This document shows positions 58,296 through 64,000 of a stretch of DNA of 64,000 nt, piece by piece. The DNA comes from an uncultured Rikenellaceae bacterium (GTDB lineage: Bacteria > Bacteroidota > Bacteroidia > Bacteroidales > VadinHA17), in assembly GCA_964514725.1 (NCBI GenBank), contig CAZEUL010000005.1, forward strand, positions 129,479 to 193,478, written 5' to 3'. Within the stretch, counting starts at the first letter, position 1; each line of letters opens with the position of its first letter. Under the pieces are notes generated by a model. It worked only from the letters and a program-made list of their open reading frames with translations, made no database searches and had not been told where the DNA came from. The position numbers and the translations under genes are program-made.

Positions 58296-61200
58296 ATGAT
58301 GAAAATATTTAAATTCTTATTCTCTCCCGTTTTGATGGGAGTTCTTTTAATAATTTTTGCAGTTTCAATGGCTGCAGCAACTTTCATTGAAAACGATTTC
58401 GGTTCCCCCGCTGCATACAAATCAGTATATGATACAAGATGGTTTGAGTTGATATTGTTGCTGCTTGCTGTTAATCTTATCGGTCAGATGATTACCTTCA
58501 AACTGTTCAGAAGCTCAAAACTTACAGTGTCACTTTTTCATCTGTCATTCGTGGTGATGATTATCGGAGCAGCCATTACAAGGTATTTCGGATGGGAGGG
58601 TTCAATCCATATAAGAGAAGGTGAGGAAAAGGATATCTGTTATTCATCTGACAGGTATCTGGCATTCTCACTTAAAGATGAAGCAGGTAATATAATAAGC
58701 CAGAATCAGGAAAAATTTATCGTGGGGGCCGGACATTACAGGGAAAAAATGGTGATAAATGGTAAATGGCATGAACTCATACTTTCAAAAATAATTACAA
58801 ACGCTGTAGAGGTTGTGAACGATTCACGTAACGGAGAGGCTATAGTTTCTATGATTGCAGGTTATAATGAAACTAAGGAATCCATACATCTTAAAAAGGG
58901 GGATACAACCATTATGGATGGTATTTCAATTGGTTTTTACCCTGAAACAGAAACCGACCTTAAGATAACCTCCGACTCCGTTGCATTTTATATTCAGGGA
59001 AAGATTCCTTTCACCCTTATGAATATGATGACGCAGGAAAAAACTGCGGTTGATAACGGAAAGGTGGCCGAACTGAAAGAGATGCAGATAATAACGGCAG
59101 GAAATATAAGGCTTGTCACTCAGAAGCTTACAAGGAGCGGCACCCTGAATCCGGTTTCGGCTGACAAACAGATTCAGGCGACCGGGAAAAATGTTCTGGT
59201 TTTTGATTTGTTATCGGAAGGGAAGAGTGTGGCAACAGTTAATCTCTGGGATACCGGTAAGGAAATCAGATCTTCAGGAACAGCTGAAATAGCAGGTAAG
59301 TCTCTGGAGATTACTTATGGTCCGCTTGAGAAGAAACTTAATTTTTCACTTCGGCTTAACGATTTTATCCTTGAAAGGTATCCCGGTTCCAATAGTCCGT
59401 CAGGATATAAAAGTGATGTTGTTCTTTATGACAGGACGGCAGGAGTGGAAAAACCTTTTATCATCTTTATGAACAACATCTTAAAATACAAAGGATTCAG
59501 ATTTTATCAGTCATCTTATGATCCTGATGAAAAAGGTACCGTTTTATCAGTAAATCATGATCCGGTGGGTATGAATGTAACTTATACCGGCTATTCTTTA
59601 TTATTTATTTTTATAATTCTTTCACTATTAAACAATAAATCCGTTTTTAAAAGTATAAATGCTGGTTACTGGAGTTCTTCTTTAAGAAAAAAAGTACCTT
59701 TCATACTGTTTTTTATTGTCTTTAACGGAGTTGTAAATTTAAATGCCCAAAAGCTTATACCCGATAAAAGATCAGCAGAAGAATTTGGTCAAATACTTGT
59801 TCAGGATCAAAAAGGAAGGACAAAACCTTTGTTTACACTAAGTAACGATATCCTCCGAAAGGTGGCAAGGGAAAATTCATTGGACGGACTGACTCCCATG
59901 CAGGTTTACCTGGGCGTTTACCTCGATTTTGAAAAGTGGAAAGATGTACCTCTGATAAAAATTTCCAACAGAGAGCTGCAGAGAAGGATTGGGATAAGTG
60001 GTAATATGGCAGCATTTTCAGATATAGTTGATATCAGCAGAGGAGGAATCTATAAACTTTCAGATGATGTCAACAGAGTGTATTCATTACCTCCGGGTGA
60101 ACGTAATAAGTATGACAAGGAAATAATTAAGGCTGACGAACGGATTAACATTGTTTACATGATTTATACCGGTAGGTTCCTTAAGATTTTTCCGAGGAAA
60201 GACGGGCAGCACGACTGGGAATTTCCTGAAAATGCCCTTAAAACTGCTGTTAACAAAGAGGATTCTCTATACCTTGAGAACGTCATCCCGATGTTTGCAG
60301 ATGCAATCAGGTCAAAAAACCGGTCGGTGGCGAGTACGATCTCACAATCCATTATTGATTACCAGAAGAAATTTGCACGTTACGATCTTCCTCCTGAATC
60401 AAAATCGAGGGCTGAAATAATTTATTACAAACTAATGATCTTTGAAAGGCTTTTCCCTTTTTATGCGGGAATTGGATTAGTGATGCTTATCGGACTTTTG
60501 GTTATGGTTATAAGGGGAATTAAAACCAAATCCTTTTTTGTTAAAGTTTTGGGATGGCTCCTGTTTGCCGGATTTTTACTTCATACACTTGGCCTGGGAT
60601 TACGATGGTATATATCGGGTCATTCTCCCATGAGTAATGGCTATGAATCAATGATCTTTATTTCATGGGTCACGCTTCTTGCAGGATTTATCTTTAGCAG
60701 GAAATCGGCATTTGCACTTTCAGCTACAGCTGTGCTTGCTTCAATGACACTTATGGTAGCCCATCTGAGCTTTATGGATCCTGAAATAACCAACCTTGTT
60801 CCGGTGCTGAAATCATACTGGCTTACTCTTCATGTTTCAGTGATTACCGGCAGCTATGGATTTCTTGGCCTGGGTGCGATCCTCGGCTTAATTTCAATGA
60901 TACTTATTTCCCTCTCCAGTATTAAAAACAGGGAAAGAATTTCTGTTACAATCGACGAGCTGGTTGTTATTAATTACAGAACACTAACTCTCGGGTTGTA
61001 TTTACTAACAATAGGGACCTTCCTTGGAGCTGTTTGGGCTAATGAATCGTGGGGAAGATATTGGGGCTGGGATCCTAAGGAGACTTGGTCGCTGATTACA
61101 ATTATCGTCTATACTTTTATAACGCATTCAAAGAATATCCCGGGTCTCAAAGATATCTTTTCGTTCAACCTGTTTTCTCTCTTTGGCTTCTCTTCAGTCC

Positions 61201-61364
61201 TGATGACTTATTTTGGTGTAAACTATTATTTATCGGGCTTGCATTCATACGCGGGGGGAGATTCTGTTCCGATACCCGGATTTGTTTATTTTACTGTTTT
61301 GATTCTTGTGTCTTTGTCGTTTTTAGCTTATTCCAGATACAGGAAATGGGAAAAACAGACATAG
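58296..61364 (+). CDS. ccsBA: Fused system II cytochrome c biogenesis protein CcsBA (ResB-like + CcsA haem lyase)
   Basis: The likely start is ATG 58296 (MMKIFKF), whereas the track ORF starts earlier and overlaps the regulator gene. The N-terminal part is ResB-like with a large periplasmic domain. The C-terminal part is polytopic and carries the CcsA tryptophan-rich WWD motif (WGRYWGWDPKETWS). Confidence 0.85.
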   Translation: MMKIFKFLFSPVLMGVLLIIFAVSMAAATFIENDFGSPAAYKSVYDTRWFELILLLLAVNLIGQMITFKLFRSSKLTVSLFHLSFVVMIIGAAITRYFGWEGSIHIREGEEKDICYSSDRYLAFSLKDEAGNIISQNQEKFIVGAGHYREKMVINGKWHELILSKIITNAVEVVNDSRNGEAIVSMIAGYNETKESIHLKKGDTTIMDGISIGFYPETETDLKITSDSVAFYIQGKIPFTLMNMMTQEKTAVDNGKVAELKEMQIITAGNIRLVTQKLTRSGTLNPVSADKQIQATGKNVLVFDLLSEGKSVATVNLWDTGKEIRSSGTAEIAGKSLEITYGPLEKKLNFSLRLNDFILERYPGSNSPSGYKSDVVLYDRTAGVEKPFIIFMNNILKYKGFRFYQSSYDPDEKGTVLSVNHDPVGMNVTYTGYSLLFIFIILSLLNNKSVFKSINAGYWSSSLRKKVPFILFFIVFNGVVNLNAQKLIPDKRSAEEFGQILVQDQKGRTKPLFTLSNDILRKVARENSLDGLTPMQVYLGVYLDFEKWKDVPLIKISNRELQRRIGISGNMAAFSDIVDISRGGIYKLSDDVNRVYSLPPGERNKYDKEIIKADERINIVYMIYTGRFLKIFPRKDGQHDWEFPENALKTAVNKEDSLYLENVIPMFADAIRSKNRSVASTISQSIIDYQKKFARYDLPPESKSRAEIIYYKLMIFERLFPFYAGIGLVMLIGLLVMVIRGIKTKSFFVKVLGWLLFAGFLLHTLGLGLRWYISGHSPMSNGYESMIFISWVTLLAGFIFSRKSAFALSATAVLASMTLMVAHLSFMDPEITNLVPVLKSYWLTLHVSVITGSYGFLGLGAILGLISMILISLSSIKNRERISVTIDELVVINYRTLTLGLYLLTIGTFLGAVWANESWGRYWGWDPKETWSLITIIVYTFITHSKNIPGLKDIFSFNLFSLFGFSSVLMTYFGVNYYLSGLHSYAGGDSVPIPGFVYFTVLILVSLSFLAYSRYRKWEKQT

Positions 61365-61592
61365 CATTGCTAACCGCAAAAGACTATGCTGTAAATTCCT
61401 TTAAGCGGCTATTTAAGGAGCCATTGTATGCGCTCGTTCTATCCACATTGTCTTTCAGGGTTGGCAATAAATCCTTAAACCAAAGAATGTCAGAAAGTTA
61501 ACAAGTGAGGATCAGGGATATAAGATTCAAGTAATATGCTTTTATTACAGATTCTTGTTTTTAGTTTCGTTTATTAAAACAAGCTTTAAAAG

Positions 61593-61624
61593 CTCATCAA
61601 AAAAAGGCTGTCCAGCCTGATGAG
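61593..61624 (-). terminator. Nested hairpin with U-tract downstream of tRNA-His (possible terminator)
   Basis: Read on the minus strand the sequence is CTCATCA-GGCT-GGAC-AGCC-TTTTTT-TGATGAG. An inner 4-5 bp hairpin is followed by a T-run, and both are enclosed by a 7-bp outer stem (61593-61599 / 61618-61624). The inner stem is short, so confidence is low. Confidence 0.35.
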
Positions 61625-61639
61625 GAGAGCCTTTTCTGG

Positions 61640-61717
<78 letters not shown>

Positions 61718-61856
61718 GTTTACGGCTTGCAAAATAAGCCCAAAAATTCCATTTAGCAAAATTTTAAATTTATTTTCTGCAAAGTCTATTCAATTGCTAT
61801 CTTTGGGCCGGTCTATAAATTTATGGACCTTCCTGTAAAATTTTGTTCTGATAAAA

Positions 61857-63245
61857 ATGGTTTCAGGAAAAACTTTGAGCGCCCTGTTCTCAGGATTGGG
61901 GAAAATTAAACTGATAGACAATATTTCAGGGTTACAGCTTTTTCACCTGATGCGTTTTACTGTTTTCCTGATAATCAGCATTGTATTTACAAAAAGTCAC
62001 CTCACTAGAGCAGATATAGGTTCCTGGGAAATGTTCCTGTTTATTTCAGGACTTGTCAGTTTTTTCTGGGTCACAGGTATAATACAATCACTTCTGCCAC
62101 TTTATCACCGGAATAAAACTTACCATAAAATTGGCGACAATGGAGAAGGCAAATCTCCTGAAATATTTAATGCATTTATTTTGCTGTGCGTTTTCAGCCT
62201 TGTTTTTTTCGCACTTGGCCATTCAATTAAGAATAGCTTCTCTGTCTTCAAAATATCAGGAGATGTTCCATATATCAACCTGCTTCTGCTATATCTGCTT
62301 TTAAGCAATCCGGTCTGTCTCATTGAATACATTTATCTGCTTAACAATCGTTCCTACAGAATATTTCAGTACGGTATATACACATTTTCTCTACAGCTAA
62401 TACTTGTTATCAGTCCGATACTTTTTGGAAAGGACATCATTTGGTCTATTTATGGATTGCTGGCGGTAACAGGAGTGAGATGGATATGGTTGGTGATACT
62501 TTTGAGAAGATATACCGAAACGGAGATCTCGGTAAAATTCATGAAAGAACACCTCTATCTGGGAGTCCCTTTGATTCTTACATCTCTAATAAGCGGCTCA
62601 GCTCAGTACACTGATGGTGTAATAATATCAGCTGTCTATCGTGATCCTGGTATGTTCGCATGGTTCAGATATGGTGCCAAGGAATTCCCACTCGTCCTTT
62701 TACTTGCAAATGGGCTCAGCAATGCTATGCTTCCTGAATTCTCGACGAGAAGCAGAATGAAGGAAGCACTTGCAAAGATCAAATTCAAGTCACGGAAACT
62801 TATGCATTTATGTTTTCCTGCAACCATGATAATCATGCTTTTCGCAAGGTGGATCTATCCGCGTATCTTTACTCCCGAGTTTCAAAAAAGTGCAGATATC
62901 TTCCTGATCTATACTTTACTTGTTATCCCCAGGCTTATCTTTCCACAGACTGTAATTGTTGGCAGAAAAAAGACACACATTACCCTGATTGCCGCAACTC
63001 TTGAGCTTTTGCTTAATATCCCTCTGAGCCTGATGATGATTAAATGGGGATATAACATAGTAGGTGTGGCTCTTGCAACTTTTATTGTCTATACTTTCGG
63101 TAAACTGTTTCTTGCGGGATATCTCTGGATTAAGATGAAAATTAAACCTTCAGATTATATTCCATTGAAAGTTTATTTGATTTATTCCATCCTGCTTGCC
63201 TTGCTTTTCGTACTTATTGACCACAGGATAATAGATATTCATTAA
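61857..63245 (+). CDS. Polytopic membrane protein, MOP/oligosaccharide flippase-like (polysaccharide biosynthesis protein)
   Basis: 462-aa ORF with ~12-14 hydrophobic helices and a layout like Wzx/MurJ-type flippases. I could confirm no diagnostic motif. Confidence 0.5.
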   Translation: MVSGKTLSALFSGLGKIKLIDNISGLQLFHLMRFTVFLIISIVFTKSHLTRADIGSWEMFLFISGLVSFFWVTGIIQSLLPLYHRNKTYHKIGDNGEGKSPEIFNAFILLCVFSLVFFALGHSIKNSFSVFKISGDVPYINLLLLYLLLSNPVCLIEYIYLLNNRSYRIFQYGIYTFSLQLILVISPILFGKDIIWSIYGLLAVTGVRWIWLVILLRRYTETEISVKFMKEHLYLGVPLILTSLISGSAQYTDGVIISAVYRDPGMFAWFRYGAKEFPLVLLLANGLSNAMLPEFSTRSRMKEALAKIKFKSRKLMHLCFPATMIIMLFARWIYPRIFTPEFQKSADIFLIYTLLVIPRLIFPQTVIVGRKKTHITLIAATLELLLNIPLSLMMIKWGYNIVGVALATFIVYTFGKLFLAGYLWIKMKIKPSDYIPLKVYLIYSILLALLFVLIDHRIIDIH

Positions 63246-63314
63246 ATGAAATATCAACGACACATCCGTCTTTATCTGCCGGACTTCCGTAAGTTTGTAT
63301 TCTTAAATTCTTCT

Positions 63315-63322
63315 TATATTTG
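63315..63322 (+). promoter_or_regulatory. Candidate -7 promoter element (TAnnTTTG)
   Basis: TATATTTG is an exact consensus match and lies 73 nt upstream of ATG 63396. Confidence 0.35.
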
Positions 63323-63395
63323 CTTCGACAGTGCATTACGGAAAGATGCTTTAATGTCATTTTGTTTATAATAGAGACTGTTAGAAGCCACTTCT

Positions 63396-64000
63396 ATGCA
63401 ATTAATCCAGGTAACAACCAGGCAGGACAGAAAGGAATTTCTCAATTTCCCTAAAAGATTATATAAAGATGATCCATTCTGGGTATGCCAGCTGGATTCT
63501 GAGCTTGAGGCACTTTTCGATCCGGAGAAGAATTATTTACTCAGGCAGGGAGAAGCCATCAGATGGATACTTAAGGGAGATGATGGAAAAACTGTCGGAA
63601 GGATAGCTGCTTTTATTGATAAAGTAAGATCGGTTGTTTACAGTCAGCCTACAGGCGGAATAGGTTTCTTTGAGGTGGTGGAAAACAGAGATGCAGCCTT
63701 CATGCTCTTTGATGCAGGGAAAAACTGGCTTGCCTCAAAAGGGATGGAAGCGATGGATGGCCCTATTAATTTCGGAGAAAACGATAATAACTGGGGTTTG
63801 CTCGTTGAGGGATTCATGCAACAGGGATATGGAATGCCTTATCACAAGAAATATTACCGGAGATTTTTTGAAGAATATGGATTCCGTAACTATTTTGAAC
63901 AATATTCATATCACAGGGAGGTAAGAACAAAGGACAACAAAATAGTTGAGTTTCCGCCGCGAATAATGAAAATAGCCGAATGGTTGTCAAAACGCCCCGG
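63396..64000 (+). CDS. Conserved hypothetical, putative GNAT-type N-acetyltransferase (C-terminus outside window)
   Basis: This frame is absent from the supplied track because it runs off the window. I translated it by hand from ATG 63396 (MQLIQVTTRQDRKEFLNFPKRLYKDDPFW...GIGFFEVVEN...) and found no stop to position 64000. The function is recalled from similar Bacteroidota proteins and is tentative. Confidence 0.5.
   Translation, partial: MQLIQVTTRQDRKEFLNFPKRLYKDDPFWVCQLDSELEALFDPEKNYLLRQGEAIRWILKGDDGKTVGRIAAFIDKVRSVVYSQPTGGIGFFEVVENRDAAFMLFDAGKNWLASKGMEAMDGPINFGENDNNWGLLVEGFMQQGYGMPYHKKYYRRFFEEYGFRNYFEQYSYHREVRTKDNKIVEFPPRIMKIAEWLSKRP

Noticed and set aside
61346-61501. 51-aa ORF (MGKTDIALLTAKDY...) overlapping the ccsBA stop, part of track ORF 61085-61501.
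   Set aside because: It has no recognisable motif or signal and no obvious promoter. The upstream part of its frame overlaps ccsBA out of frame. It is probably not coding, though a small protein cannot be excluded.
63670-63924. 84-aa track ORF near the window end.
   Set aside because: It is out of frame with, and fully inside, the longer open frame starting at ATG 63396. That frame runs to the window edge and translates to a coherent conserved-looking protein.

Overview
This window looks like a low-GC chromosomal region of a Bacteroidota-type genome. The evidence is a PorQ-like T9SS gene, many lipoprotein and Tat signal peptides, TAnnTTTG promoter motifs and a fused CcsBA. I see three blocks.

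(1) About 1-39.7 kb is an accessory glycan and amide catabolism region with no SusC/SusD pair in view. It holds five DUF4091/GH123-like genes (one truncated by the window edge), a GH31-like gene, a BNR double propeller, a beta-helix protein, CBM9-like modules and a ceramidase-like lipoprotein. It also holds two Gfo/Idh/MocA oxidoreductases, two xylose-isomerase-like TIM barrels, and an amide-hydrolase cluster (creatininase-family, two amidohydrolases, a CBM-fused CN-hydrolase, a NIF3-like protein, DUF5107-TPR). Six of these proteins carry twin-arginine-type signals.

(2) About 39.7-50.5 kb is housekeeping: a CDF transporter, ispH, cmk, a porQ-like gene, an EamA transporter, then etfB-etfA, a membrane Fe-S (EtfD-like) oxidoreductase and a long acyl-CoA dehydrogenase.

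(3) About 50.5-61.4 kb is the most interesting part, a cytochrome island. It encodes a lipoprotein monohaem c, a small beta-barrel, a TM-anchored heptahaem c overlapping a b-type cytochrome, and a class-I c, followed by a terminator. Next come a 3-TM NapC/NirT-type protein with 7 haem motifs (the first is CX3CH) and a convergent lipoprotein cytochrome with a collagen-like tether and a CX4CH motif. A Crp/Fnr regulator with a perfect TTGAT-N4-ATCAA box in its promoter (a paralogous ~51-nt module sits upstream of the operon) and a fused CcsBA haem lyase complete it. I propose this is an uncharacterised, regulator-controlled trans-envelope respiratory or extracellular-electron-transfer module.

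The window ends with tRNA-His (minus strand), a MOP-type flippase and a partial GNAT-like gene. I found no CRISPR array, IS element, integrase or rRNA by eye. All family names come from motif recognition by eye, not from searches.
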